A DNA stretch of 64,000 nucleotides from Eledone cirrhosa (taxonomy: Eukaryota). Below are positions 51,601-63,182 of the stretch, piece by piece. The stretch covers positions 39,370,001 to 39,434,000 of the forward strand of contig OZ024754.1 of assembly GCA_964016885.1 (NCBI GenBank), in the 5' to 3' direction. How positions within the stretch are numbered: position 1 is the stretch's first letter; every line of letters begins with the position of its first letter. Position numbers and translations under genes: made by a program. The notes beneath the pieces are model-generated. The model made no database searches, was not told the DNA's origin, and saw only the letters and a program-made list of their open reading frames with translations.

Positions 51601-54600
51601 CTAAATTAACCTAGCAGTTCAACAAAAAGGGATTAATAAAATATGTACCAGGCTTCAAAAATAAATATTAGGGTTAATTTGATTGACTTAACCCTTTCGA
51701 GGCTCTGCTCCAGTATGGTCACAGTCTAATGGCTGAAATCCCCACCACCACCACCATAAACATCAGCATCATTTAGCATCCCTTCTCCCTGCTAGAAAGG
51801 GTTTCACAGGTTGTCACAGAGAAAGTCAGTACTCCACCAGAGATATTGACCTCCCAGTAAAAGAATAAAAGAATATCTTACTATTAGTAGCAATGATAAT
51901 GTTTAAGAAGTTTGATTCCAAAGCCTGACTCAAAAATATTCTCATGTATATGTTGAACGGCTCTACCAAAGGGTCGTCTTCATATTGTCTTTCAAGACTG
52001 AAATGGAATTGAACAGATAGATTAGACAAAGAGATAAATTTTCACTGAAGCAAATGTGTCATGTTGACAAACAGGGAATATTTTATAATAAGTAGCAGAA
52101 AAATCTTCTAGAAAAAAAGTTTAACCCTTTAATGTTCAAATCGGCCAGAATTCTCTACCTTTTTCTGTTGAAACTGGCTGTAACTGGTCCCTCAAACTGA
52201 TGTGAAGGTATTGTTCTCAAAATAAATACTTTCAAAATCTCATAGATTCAATATTATGTGAGATAATTATGTAAGATAAAGCATTTACCATGAAAATATA
52301 ATAGTATATATATATATAGTAATGTGATTGCTAAAGGGTTAAATAAAACTATATCATCATCATCATCATCAGCACCACCGTTTAACATCTATTTTCCACA
52401 ATTGAAAACCACCATGTCCACCCTGTAAGGTGGCCGTGCTGGTGACACGAGAAAAAAAGCACCCGGACCACTTTGTAAATAGTCTTTTTAGAAAAAAAAG
52501 ATCCGGTCCATCCTGTAAAATAATCGTGCTGGTGACACGACGAAAAAAGCACCCAGTTCATATTGTAACGCGGTTGGTGATAGGAAAGGCGTCTCATCAC
52601 AAAACAGTTCTTTATGAGGTAGACATGGCCACCTGACCTGACTAGTCTCATAACGTGACAACCTGTCTAACCTATGCAAACATGGAAAATAGACACTAAA
52701 TGGTGATGATGATGATGATATGGTTGCAGAGGTAGACTAAATGGTGACAGGGATGTTACAAAATATATCTTATAACGACATATGGATTTATGCTCACAAA
52801 ATCTACACAACCTAGATAAAAAGTTACAAAATTTTTTACAAAGAATTTACTGTTTAACTTCTCGTAGTCTGAATGCTATTTGAAAATAACTTCTCTTTAG
52901 TTTATAAAATGATTAGTGGTCAATTAGAAGCAATACAAGGTTGAGAGAAGGCCTGATGTCCAGAAAATAATTTCTCTTTATTCTATAAAATGGTGAGTGG
53001 TCAATTAGAAGCAATAAAAGTGAGGGGGGCTTCTTTAGTTTTGCTGGATAGACGACCATTTTTCTAGTGTTGGTGCCATGATGAAATGCACCCTGTACAC
53101 TCCGTAAAGCAGTTGGCATTAGGAAGGGTATCCAACTGTCCCAACTCATGCCAAAATAGGGAATGTAATATGAGTAAAGCATAGTATTTGACCTGGCTTG
53201 TCTTGGACTGTGACAACTTGTCCAGTCAATGCCAACATAGAAAGTGGACAAAAGTTGATGGTAACAGTGATGATGTTGATGGCAGTGGTAATGGTAGGGA
53301 GAAGTAGTAGTGATGATGATGATGATGATGATGATGAGTGTGGAGAGGATAAGGTAGAGACGGTAGTGGTGGGGATGAGGATGATGATGAGGTGGTGGTG
53401 GTGGTGGAGATGATGATGTGGTGATGATGATGAGGTGGTGGTGGTGGTGGAGATGAGATGATGATGGTGGTGGTGATGATGATCAGGTGGTGGTGGTGGT
53501 GATGATGATATGATGATGGTGGTGGTGGTGGTGATGAGGTGATGATGATGAGGTGGTGGTGGAGATGATGATGAAGTGGTGGTGGTTGTGGAGATGATGA
53601 TGAGGTGGTGGTGGTTGTGGAGATGATGATGATGAGGTGGTGGTGGTGGTGGAGATGATGATGGTGGTGGTGGTGGTGGTGATGATGATGAGGTGGTGGT
53701 GGTGGAGATGATGATGGTGGTGGTGGTGGTGGTGATGATGATGAGGTGGTGGTGGTGGAGATGAGATGATGATGGTGGTGGTGGTGATGATGATGATGAT
53801 GATCAGGTGGTGGTGGTGGTGATGATGATGAGATGATGATGGAGATGATGATGAGGTGGTGATGGTGGTGGAGATGATGAGGTGGTGGTGATGATGAAGT
53901 GGTGATGGTGGTGGAGATGAGATGATGATGATCATTCTGATGATGATTACAGAGAGGATGAGGTAGTGATGATGATGATGATGATGATGAGGATAAGGTG
54001 GTGGTGGGAATGATGATGATTGCAGCGAGGATGAAGATGGTGAGGTGGTGGTGGTGGGGATGATGATGCTGTTGTTGATGACGATGATGATGATGATGAT
54101 GATGATGATGAAGACGATGACGATGACGTTGACGACGAAGAAGAAGAAGAAGAAGAAGAAGAAGAAGAAGAAGAAGAAGAAGAAGAAGAAAAAGAAGAAA
54201 AAGAAGAAGAAGAAGAAGAAGAAGAAGGAGGAGAAGGAGGAGAAGGAGGAGGAGGGAGAATGCAGCAGCAGCTAATCATACCTGCCATCGTTAGGAGGTT
54301 TGGGCCGGAATGGTTCTTCAACTTCCACTATTTCTTTGTTGAATCCTTGAGATATTAACTTTGCTCTAATTGGTTTGAACTGTTGACGAAGGGTGGGCAT
54401 CCAGCTGGAGTACTGAAACAAAAAGGTTAGCAAAATTAATTAACTTCCAGTGAACATCATCAAATTAGATGTTTACGAGGGTCGGCTGGAAAGTTCATTG
54501 GCTGACTATGAAGGAGTGATGCTAGAGCTGTGAATGGAAGGAGTGATGCTAGAGCTGTGAATGAAATCTTGCTTGCATTAATTTAAACTCTTTGTATTTA

Positions 54601-55424
54601 TAACTGCATTATATTTCTTACCAGGGACTATGTTGAAAAATAAACCTCATGTAGTCATTCAATGATGGAAGGCAGGAGGCTGAATTAAGTGCAAGAATTG
54701 CAGCAGTTGGCGCAGTAATGCGCCAGCTGCTGCATTCGGTAATCAGAAGGGAGGTAGGTGTAAAAGCCAAACTCGCTCTCTTCAATTCGGTATTCGTGCC
54801 AACCCTTACCTATGGTCATGAATCTTGGGTAATGACTGAAAGAATACGATCGCGAATACAAGGGGCCGAAATGGGGTTTCTATGAAGGGTCTTTAGAGTA
54901 ACATTATTCAATAGAGTGTGTAGTTTGGAGATCAAAGATTCACACTAGGCAGAGCCGCTACCCTCTCCTGGACAGATTTTATGGGCAATACCAACCAGCA
55001 AGAGACCCAGAAATAGATACCGAACACGATGGTTGAATAATATGCATGTGTTTGGATAATATCCATCAGCTGGAGATGGTTGCTTCTGCCAGGACCCGCT
55101 GGAAGGAGTACTTGAGGACTCTACCCCCATGACCCTCTCGGGAATAAATGGGAGAAGAATAATAATAACAATAATAATATGGAAATCATAGTCAGTGTCT
55201 TTCATTAGAAATATGGTAACAAAATAAAGACGCGGTAATGAAAAGGTTAATAAACGATTTGTTACAGAAATATAAACACTTACTGTAGGAACAGCTCGGT
55301 GTCGTATTTTCCCATCTTCTATGATTAATTCATATTTGTGTAACATTTTTCCATTTTCAATTTTCCAAATAGGATAACTTTCATAATTTGACAGGTCCTT
55401 AGCTTCAATAATAAACTTTCCAGG
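45602..55424 (-). CDS. QSER1: QSER1/PRR12-like (DUF4211-domain) protein, last 9 coding exons (partial gene, 5' part not found in window)
   Basis: Manually spliced exons 55284-55424, 54282-54412, 51882-51997, 50520-50617, 50315-50380, 49635-49754, 48175-48270, 46710-46796 and 45602-45640. All have AG/GT ends and compatible phases (894 nt = 297 aa + TGA). The motifs FNIYMRIFLSQALE, LYGQPYD, YHSLYHFKYHIYERC and CLQNRAWILKLFE resemble the QSER1/PRR12 C-terminus (recognised from memory, no search run). Confidence 0.88.
46014..46271. mobile_element. hAT-type MITE in the last intron
   Basis: TIRs CAGAGTGGGATTTA / TAAATCCGGCCCTG; perfect 8-bp TSD GCTATGCT (46006-46013 and 46272-46279). Confidence 0.82.
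46710..46796 (-). CDS. QSER1/PRR12-like exon: INIIKESGSYLENSEVINQCLQNRAWILK
   Basis: 87 nt, acceptor taacag, donor gtaaat, phase 0/0. Confidence 0.88.
47398..48115. repeat. Compound repeat GAGCACAAAA(CA)n
   Basis: About 30 variable-length units; source of the long Cys/Val and His/Thr ORFs. Confidence 0.95.
48175..48270 (-). CDS. QSER1/PRR12-like exon: EFMIGKTAAMYVGSYHSLYHFKYHIYERCLAK
   Basis: 96 nt, acceptor tttcag, donor gtagaa; contains the conserved YHSLxHxKYH motif. Confidence 0.9.
48345..48791 (+). mobile_element. Two tandem SINE family B copies with a duplicated upstream flank (intronic)
   Basis: About 48345-48556 and 48600-48791, each preceded by ACATACTATATATAGATATTATAT. Confidence 0.88.
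49189..49574. mobile_element. Two piggyBac-type MITEs fused in opposite orientation (intronic hairpin)
   Basis: 49189-49370 forward and 49371-49574 reverse; outer TTAA at 49185-49188 and 49575-49578. Confidence 0.87.
49635..49754 (-). CDS. QSER1/PRR12-like exon: ACENASQPAIKSIHLYGQPYDLYNLGENSLDPEENANVAQ
   Basis: 120 nt, acceptor tttcag, weak donor gtacac, phase 0/0; overlaps ORF-track 49602-49814. Confidence 0.87.
50315..50380 (-). CDS. QSER1/PRR12-like exon: DCLKLKPVMRELDRPNLKQSCQ
   Basis: 66 nt, acceptor ctccag, donor gtaata, phase 0/0. Confidence 0.85.
50520..50617 (-). CDS. QSER1/PRR12-like exon: (N)QFFLKALQTIDSLIDMKVNEIDSKVHWNDKFK
   Basis: 98 nt, polypyrimidine tract + caag acceptor, donor gtaagt, phase 1/0. 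Confidence 0.88.
50678..51560. repeat. 26-bp intronic minisatellite, about 34 copies
   Basis: Repeated unit AGAGTTAGAACTGTAGATAATATTAW. Confidence 0.96.
51882..51997 (-). CDS. QSER1/PRR12-like exon: LERQYEDDPLVEPFNIYMRIFLSQALESNFLNIIIATN
   Basis: 116 nt, acceptor tttcag, donor gtaaga, phase 2/1; overlaps ORF-track 51826-52029. Confidence 0.9.
52125..52338. mobile_element. piggyBac-type MITE (intronic)
   Basis: TTAA|CCCTTTAATG...TGCTAAAGGG|TTAA; body matches the copy at 32565. Confidence 0.88.
53300..54256. repeat. Long mixed (GAT/GGT)n then (GAA/GGA)n trinucleotide tract reaching to within about 25 nt of an exon donor
   Basis: Directly visible. Confidence 0.95.
54282..54412 (-). CDS. QSER1/PRR12-like exon: YSSWMPTLRQQFKPIRAKLISQGFNKEIVEVEEPFRPKPPNDG(S)
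   Basis: 131 nt, acceptor tttcag, donor gtatga, phase 0/2. Confidence 0.88.
54474..54660. mobile_element. Mariner-like terminal fragment
   Basis: Begins TA|CGAGGGTCGGCTGGAAAGTT, like mariner TIRs; no partner end found. Confidence 0.45.
54760..55170 (+). mobile_element. Degenerate RTE (Expander/Rex3-like) LINE 3' fragment, antisense in intron
   Basis: KAKLALFNSVFVPTLTYGHESWVMTERIRSRIQGAEMGFL*RV..., in-frame stops, (AAT)n tail. Confidence 0.8.
55284..55424 (-). CDS. QSER1/PRR12-like exon: PGKFIIEAKDLSNYESYPIWKIENGKMLHKYELIIEDGKIRHRAVPT
   Basis: 141 nt, acceptor ttcacag, donor gtaagt, phase 0/0. Confidence 0.88.
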
Positions 55425-56074
55425 CTGTGAACAATTTAGAAAATAAGAAACAAGAATGTGAGCTGATATTTAAGCAATTTTAATCATAGTTCTTGTAAGA
55501 TAATTTAAAAAAATAATAATTTAACTAATGAAATAACATATTTATTAACTCTTAACATCATTAACTGCAGGAAGCCACATTAACAGTACAAAACAGTACT
55601 ATGACTGCATCATATTGAATACTGAAATCTTTACTTCGATACTGCACATTTTCACAATGATCTGTCCACTAATAAAGATACTATAAACATTTGAATTAAC
55701 AAACTTGTTTTTAGATATTTTCTGCTAAATCATTACAGTGTATAAAGAGTTAATACTGCAATTTTTCACATAAATCTGTCCACTAATAAAGATACTATAA
55801 ACATTTGAATTAACAGATTTGTTTTTAGATATTTTCTGCTAAATCATTACAGGGTGTTAAGGGTTAAAACAATATAAACACACATCTAGTACTGGTAAGG
55901 AACTTTATATATAAAAAGACTAAATTAATATATTTATGAATGTTTTAACAGATTTCCTATCAAACTTTAATATAAGATGGTGGCACTATTTTGTAAATAT
56001 ATGTAACCTTACAAGCGTAACATGTTTATATTAATTATTATAGATTCCCAAACTGCTGCAATGTAAATTACATA

Positions 56075-56445
56075 GAACTAGTTATACCACATATGAAACC
56101 TTGTGTATAGAAACTATACATTAAAACTAGTTTTACCACATATAAAACCTTGTGTATAGGAACTATATATTAAAACTAGTTTTACCACATATAAAACCTT
56201 GTGTATAGGAACTATACATTAAAACTAGTTTTAACACATATAATACCTTGTGTATAGGAACTATATATTACAATTAGTTTTACCACATATCTTGTGTAAA
56301 GGAATTACATATTGGAACTAGTTTTACCACCTATAATACCTTGTGTATTGGAACTATATATTAGAACTAGTTTTACCTCCTATATCTTGTATATAGGAAC
56401 TATATATTGGAAGTAGTTTTATCACCTATATCTTGTGTATAGTAA
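56075..56445. repeat. Minisatellite of about 49 bp, about 7-8 diverged copies
   Basis: Repeated unit AACTAGTTTTACCACATATAAAACCTTGTGTATAGGAACTATATATTAA. Confidence 0.88.
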
Positions 56446-56835
56446 TTATATAATCTAACTATAAAATAAAACAAAATACTGCACATTTTCTCATGCATTA
56501 CTATAGATATATTAACAAATATCATAAAAGATTCGACAAAGGTTAGGGTAATAAAAATGGACTTCTTGTTGGAAGTCATTAAAGTGTATGTGTTTAGATA
56601 TGTGTTGTAATATAACTGTTAATTAATTTCTCTATAAACACATTAACAATTATTCAAAAAACAAAGTTACAATGATAAAGAGCACATATACATATATAGA
56701 CACACATATACATATATGTACACACATATATATACATTGAGAGATAGATAGAGAGGGATAGATATAGAAAAGATGTTACTAAAAGAAAACTAGTAAGACA
56801 ATTATTCAACTTAATACTTCATATGTTTAAATGGT

Positions 56836-57505
56836 CAAACATAAACCGTCATACCAACTACATGATGTCAACATTAACCATCATACCAGCTACAAGATGT
56901 CAACATAAACCGTCACACCAACTACATGATGTCAACATAAACCATCATACCAGCTACAAGATGTCAACATAAACCATCATACTAGCTACAAGATGTCAAC
57001 ATAAACCATCATACCAGCTACAAGATGTCAACATAAACCATCATACCAGCTACAAGGTTTCAACATAAACCATCATACTAGCTACAAGATGTCAACATAA
57101 ACTGTCATACTAGCTACAAGATGTCAACATAAACTGTCATACCAGCTACAAGGTTTCAACATAAACCATCATACCAGCTACAAGATGTCAACATAAACCG
57201 TCATACCAGCTACAAGATGTCAACATAAACCATCATACTAGCTACAAGATGTCAACATAAACTGTCATACCAGCTACAAGATGTCAACATAAACTGTCAT
57301 ACCAGCTACAAGATGTCAACATAAACCGTCATACCAGCTACAAGATGTCAACATAAACTGTCATACTAGCTACAAGATGTCAACATAAACTGTCATACCA
57401 GCTATAAGATGTCAACATAAACCATCATACAAGCTACAAGATGTCAACATAAACCATCATACTAGCTACAAGATGTCAACATAAACCGTCATACCAACTA
57501 CAAGA
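56836..57505. repeat. 32-bp minisatellite, about 21 copies
   Basis: Repeated unit AACATAAACCATCATACCAGCTACAAGATGTC. Confidence 0.95.
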
Positions 57506-58834
57506 TCTTGTCAAAATAGTAAACTTTAGACCGTACATACATACTTTAGACCGTACATACATATATAAATACACACACACATATATGTATATGCATGTAT
57601 GTATGAGCATGTATGTTTATGTATGCATGCATGTATGTATGTATGGCCATACTCAATAACGAGGGGGCAGCCATCATCATGTATGTAAGTGTGTTTTTCA
57701 AAAAACTAGTAAGCCATGCAGAAGATTGAAGCAACACTTCAACATCCATAATAAACAAACAGAGAATGGAGCCAATGCTGAAATGAGACAGTCCTGCAGT
57801 ATTTGCAGTCAGCTCTTCAAACACCTTTCAGTGTACACGTTAGGAAAGAGCAATTATAGTTACGAGGGTCAAGGGGTCAAGTTCTGCAAAGGAGCAGACA
57901 ACCACCATAAATATTTATATCTCTCACTCTATATATATATATATGTGTGTGTGTATCCCAGGTTCAGTTGGGGGTAACCGGTACTCAATACATAGCAGAG
58001 TATAAATATTTAATATAGAAATGGCTTCTAGAGGACTTTCCTGATGATTTCCTTTGAATGAAACAGTTCTAGTCCTGTAGAAGCCATTTCTATATTATAT
58101 GTGTGTGTGTGTGTATGGCACAGTAGGGAGACAGGAATGTGTCAGATCACACACTTTTTCAGGGAGGGAAGGGGATTGCCTGTGATCCTTTTTTAAAGCC
58201 TACAAGATGGGGGCGGGGGGAGAAGAGCAAGGTACCCATGCTTACAACAGAATAGACTCCACTAAAGACACCCAAGGGCCAGGTGGTGGTGAATTAAGTC
58301 TACCACCCAAACAACTGGCAACGAACTTTGGCACTGAAAGAAGGGTAAGTCTTCAAATTGAATGCCACTACATAGTTCCAGGAATGTGAAATTCTACCTG
58401 TTGGATAAGGAAGAATTAGTGGGATTTCCAAGAAGGACAGTTGGTCAACAACCTGTCTTAAAAGTATAAACATCCACACATTCACACATATATTCTAAAC
58501 ATACACACACATATTCTAAGATGTAAGGTCCAAGATAAAGCTGCATAGGATCTGAAAATGTGTACCAGAACAGTAACATAAGACATTGTTATGCATAAAC
58601 CAGTCTTACAGTTGAAGGCAGAGCACCAGTATGGCCACGGTTCAATGAATGAAATCAGTAAAAGAGAGTAAAAGAGTAATATATGAATATAAATATATAC
58701 AGCATTTATCACATCAGGATAACTCATCTAACCCATGCCAGCATGGGAAAATGAATATTAAACGATGATGATGATGATGATGATGATGATATGTATATAA
58801 ATACCTATCTATTTCTCTATATACAAACATAAAT

Positions 58835-58880
<46 letters not shown>

Positions 58881-58945
58881 TCATTTAATATGGCTTCTAC
58901 TTCAGTATTGAATACTTTTTCTTTCATGACTGTCCATAATACATA

Positions 58946-59041
<96 letters not shown>

Positions 59042-59145
59042 CAAGAGTTGCTTCCAGGAGATAGTATCAGCAATGGAAAGACTAACGGATACATTGCTTC
59101 CTTGGTCTGATTTGACGAGTTCCACACTACTCAGTAAGGTCTGGG

Positions 59146-59221
<76 letters not shown>

Positions 59222-59222
<1 letters not shown>

Positions 59223-59492
59223 TTGATTTCTACAGCTGGATGCCCTTCCTAACACCAACCTCATTTACAGTGAGTGCTGGGTGCTTTTTTGCCGTGGCAC
59301 CTCCACGACCACTTTGCAGTGGAATGATAGGGACCCCAGTCCCTATCATCTCATTTCTACAGCTGAGTAAACTGGAGGAATGTGAAATAAAGTGTCTTGC
59401 TCAAGGAAACAACACATCACTCGGTCTGAGAATTGAACTCACAACCTCTCGATTGCAAGGCCAATGCTCTAACCACTAAGCCATGTGCCTCC
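59222..59492 (-). mobile_element. SINE family A (3'-truncated)
   Basis: Near-identical to about 41902-42172. Confidence 0.9.
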
Positions 59493-60553
59493 ATAAATAT
59501 GTTTGTGTGTGTGGCTCCATCTAACCAAGAAAGGTGACACTAGACTCCTTATCATTTGATGTGTATTCTACACAATTGAAATTATTAAGTACAATGAGAT
59601 GTTTATCGGTATTCTATTCAATAATACTTTAAATTTCAAATATTGTATTATATATATTTGAAAACATAAGGTAAATATTTGACATTGAAAATTGGAAGTC
59701 TGCGCAAATAACATGAGTTCTATTTATAGTAACATTTTTGCTGCAATTCTACTAAGATAGCAAAAATATTTTTCTGACTAATGGAAATGTATGTAATCAG
59801 CTTAAGAGATCTATAAGGTTCTTATTTAAAAACTATAAACAAAATAGAAAAATACTTTAGAACAGACCTGAAAAATCAAACTTAGCTGTCATTGTTAGTA
59901 AATCTATTGATTTTTAGATTAGGGTCATTTCAGCAAATTACGTTTTAATTGAAGCACTTCTAAAGTATAGATTATAACAAAAATCAAATGTGCTTGTCCA
60001 TATGTTATGATGCATTTGTGGTGAACATATAAAATATTTTCTATATAATTCAATAATATAATCTATACTGTTCCATTTCTGTGCCATTTTTGTTTTTATG
60101 TCCCATAACACCCGATGGAGCCATAGGGGTGTTGTATTAACATATGGCATTTCTAGAGCATTTTAAAACCTGGAGGAGCCCATCTCCTCTCCATGTCTGA
60201 ACGCAGAAGATTTCTTCAAGAGAAGGAGAGAGAGAGAGAGAGAGAGAGAGTGGAAGTGAGAAAGAGATACAGAAGAAGAATCAATCCCAGTACTAGACAG
60301 GTACTTTTTTTTTATCAACCTTAAATGGATGAAAGGCAAAGTTAACCTCATCGGGATTTGAACTGAGAGAGCAGAGGGCCGAAACAAATACCGCAAAGTA
60401 TTCTATCTGACGTTCTAACGACTCTGCCAATTCGCCGCCTATTTTATGTCTTTCCAAAAGATTTAATCAACCCAATTAGTTAAAGCTTTAAAATGCAATG
60501 AGATGGATGGAGTTAATAGGGAGAAAACTAAAAACAAACAACTATTTATGGAT

Positions 60554-60889
60554 GGAGGCACATGGCTTAGTGGTTTGAGCATTGGCCTTGCAATCGAAAG
60601 GTTGTGAGTTCAATTCTCAGACCAGGTGATGTGTTGTTTCCTTGAGCAAGATACTTTATTTCACATTGCTCCAGTTTACTCAGCTGTAGAAATGAGATGA
60701 TAGGGACTGGGGTCCTATCATTCCACTGCAAAGTGGTCATGGAGGTGCCCCGGCAAAAAAAGCACCCAGCACTCACTGAAAATGAGGTTGGTGTTAGGAA
60801 GGGCATCCAGCTGTAGAAATCAAGCCAGAATCAGTTCCCGTCCCACCCTTGCAAGCAGGGAAAAGCGGACGTAAAATGATGATGATGAT
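60554..60889 (+). mobile_element. SINE family A, full length
   Basis: tRNA-like A and B boxes, CORE-like middle, (GAT)n tail. Confidence 0.9.
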
Positions 60890-61347
60890 TTAATTTATGC
60901 TATAAACCTGACATCATAATTTTATGTAAGAAACTTTGTTAAGTAACATTCCAAAAACAAGATTAATAATAAAAAAAGTTAGTTACATTACTAAATCCCT
61001 CCAAATTCTTGATTATTTAAAAAAATATTTGAAAATCATAAGTAGTATCTTTCATTAGAAATGTGGTAATGAAAGGGTTAATGAAGAGAAAAGCTGATAA
61101 CTACCAACACTATCAGAAGCTATTGGAATAAGGAAGTGCACAGTTAATTCTAGCAAAGTTCTAGCATGTTCTAAAATGCATTCTTTTTTAACAACGTTGT
61201 CCATCTCTCCCTGTCTCCCTTTCTACATATATGTGTGTGTGTATGTATGTGTATATGATGTCAAACTCATGCCACCATGAGAAGCATATGTAAAAAAATG
61301 ATAATACCGATTATATATATGTACACATGTATGCACGTGTGTGTATG

Positions 61348-61418
<71 letters not shown>

Positions 61419-61486
61419 GTATGTGTGTGTACAGGACAAAGACAAAGGAAAAAACAACTGAAATACAGACAGTCCTATCTCCTTAA

Positions 61487-61691
61487 CCCTTTAGCATTCA
61501 CATTACTCTATATTGGTATTTTGATAGTAAACACTTTATCTTACATAATTATCTCATATAATATCGAATCTATGAGATTTTGATGTTATTTATCTTGAGA
61601 ACAATACCATAACATCAGTATGAGTGGCCAATTACAGCCGGTTTGAACAGAAAGAGGGGAGACATTTCTGGGCGGTTTGAATGCTAAAGGG
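61487..61691. mobile_element. piggyBac-type MITE (reverse orientation)
   Basis: TTAA|CCCTTTAGCATTCA...TGAATGCTAAAGGG|TTAA. Confidence 0.9.
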
Positions 61692-62208
61692 TTAATACAC
61701 ACACACACATGTATAATTCACAAACATAGCTCTGTTAAGGTTTGGTAAAGAAACCAAGAAACCAAACATTATAAATTCCATCTACAAAAGAATGAGTTGT
61801 GTACCAGTAATTCACCAAGGTTGGAAGTAATGCAGCTTGGTGTTGAAGTGTTCATTCTCTGCATTATTATTTTAATCAATAGATTCAATTAAAGGAATAG
61901 CAAACATATGTTTCAGAGATGGAGATTAACAGGAAGCTAATTTTCATGGCAACATAAACATTATTATAGAGGATTAAATACTAGCAGAAGTGGTACACTG
62001 CAACATTAGTAGCAGTAATACTTGGAAATGATACAGCATATATATGTATAGATATAGACGGTATATATATACATACAGAGAGAGAGAGAGAGAGAGGGGG
62101 AAGAGGGGGTATATATATATATATATATATAAAGAAAGAGAGAGAGAGAGAGAGAGAATAAATATATATATATATATATATAGAAAGAGAGAGAGAGAGA
62201 GAGAGAGA

Positions 62209-62245
<37 letters not shown>

Positions 62246-62330
62246 GGTTTAGTATCGCTAAAAAGCTTTCTCCGATATTGTATTTATTTATATATATATA
62301 TATATATATGTTTATCCCAGGTTCAATCAG

Positions 62331-62381
62331 GGCTTCCTGATGATTTCTCCCGAATGAAACAGTTCTAGTTCTGTAGAAGCC
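62331..62381 (+). ncRNA. Hammerhead-like motif, same family as 5799-5849
   Basis: GGCTTC-CTGATGA-TTTCTCCCGAAT-GAAACAG ttctagtt CTGTA-GAAGCC. Confidence 0.6.
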
Positions 62382-62419
62382 ATTTCTATATTGAATATAT
62401 ATATATAGAGAGAGAGGGG

Positions 62420-62509
<90 letters not shown>

Positions 62510-62977
62510 ATATACAGAATAACAAAGGTTAGTTGGTATTTTGTGAAAGACTTAGCCTGAACTTGTTGACTTTATTTCCACGACCATAGAAATAATTAGT
62601 AAATACTATATTGATTAAAAAAATTAATTAATAATTTTTTTTTTTTCGTTATATACTGTTATAGAACATAAACACACCTAACACACACACAAATCTTATG
62701 AGTAATTGAAGAATTGTTTTCAATGTCAAGATTGAACCAACAGAAGTAATCTTTAGAGCCTTTTTAATCTGAATATCATAATGAATATTTAACTCTTTCA
62801 TTAACATATTTCTAAGGAAAGACACCGCCTTTCATTTTCAATTAATTTTGAAAATAATCAAGAATTTGAACAGATTTATTGTTATAAAAACTTCATCATT
62901 TCTAAACTGGTGCTTAAGGGATAACAAAAATTTCTTTAAATCTGTAAAAGGTTTCAATTTAAATCGGAACACTTTAA

Positions 62978-63182
62978 GCCTTTAGCATTTAAACCGGCCA
63001 TATCCGGCCAGAATTCTCTCAACTCTTTCTGTTCAAACCAGCCACTCATACTCATGTTAAGGTATTGTTCTCAAAATAAATAATAACAAAATCTTATAGA
63101 TTTGATATTATGTGAGATAATTATGTGAATAAAGCCTTTACCGTGAAAATACAATAGTATATATAATGTGAGTGCTAAAGGG
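62978..63182. mobile_element. piggyBac-type MITE, apparently inserted in an older TTAA-type repeat starting near 62790
   Basis: TTAA flanks; the host resembles CCCTTTCATTAC-ended repeats at about 22780 and 60900-61078. Confidence 0.8.

Noticed and set aside
57726-58485. Possible additional exons or ORFs upstream of 55424
   Set aside because: No phase-compatible minus-strand exon with convincing splice sites or similarity; more likely decayed repeat sequence.
60092-60136. Small hairpin AACACCC..GGGTGTT as a miRNA or snoRNA candidate
   Set aside because: The stem is too short and imperfect, and no box motifs were recognised.
41920-60806. Recurrent 70-79 aa ORF MPFLTPTSFTVSAGCFF... (also at 18870 and 59240)
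   Set aside because: Antisense translation of SINE family A copies, not a gene family.
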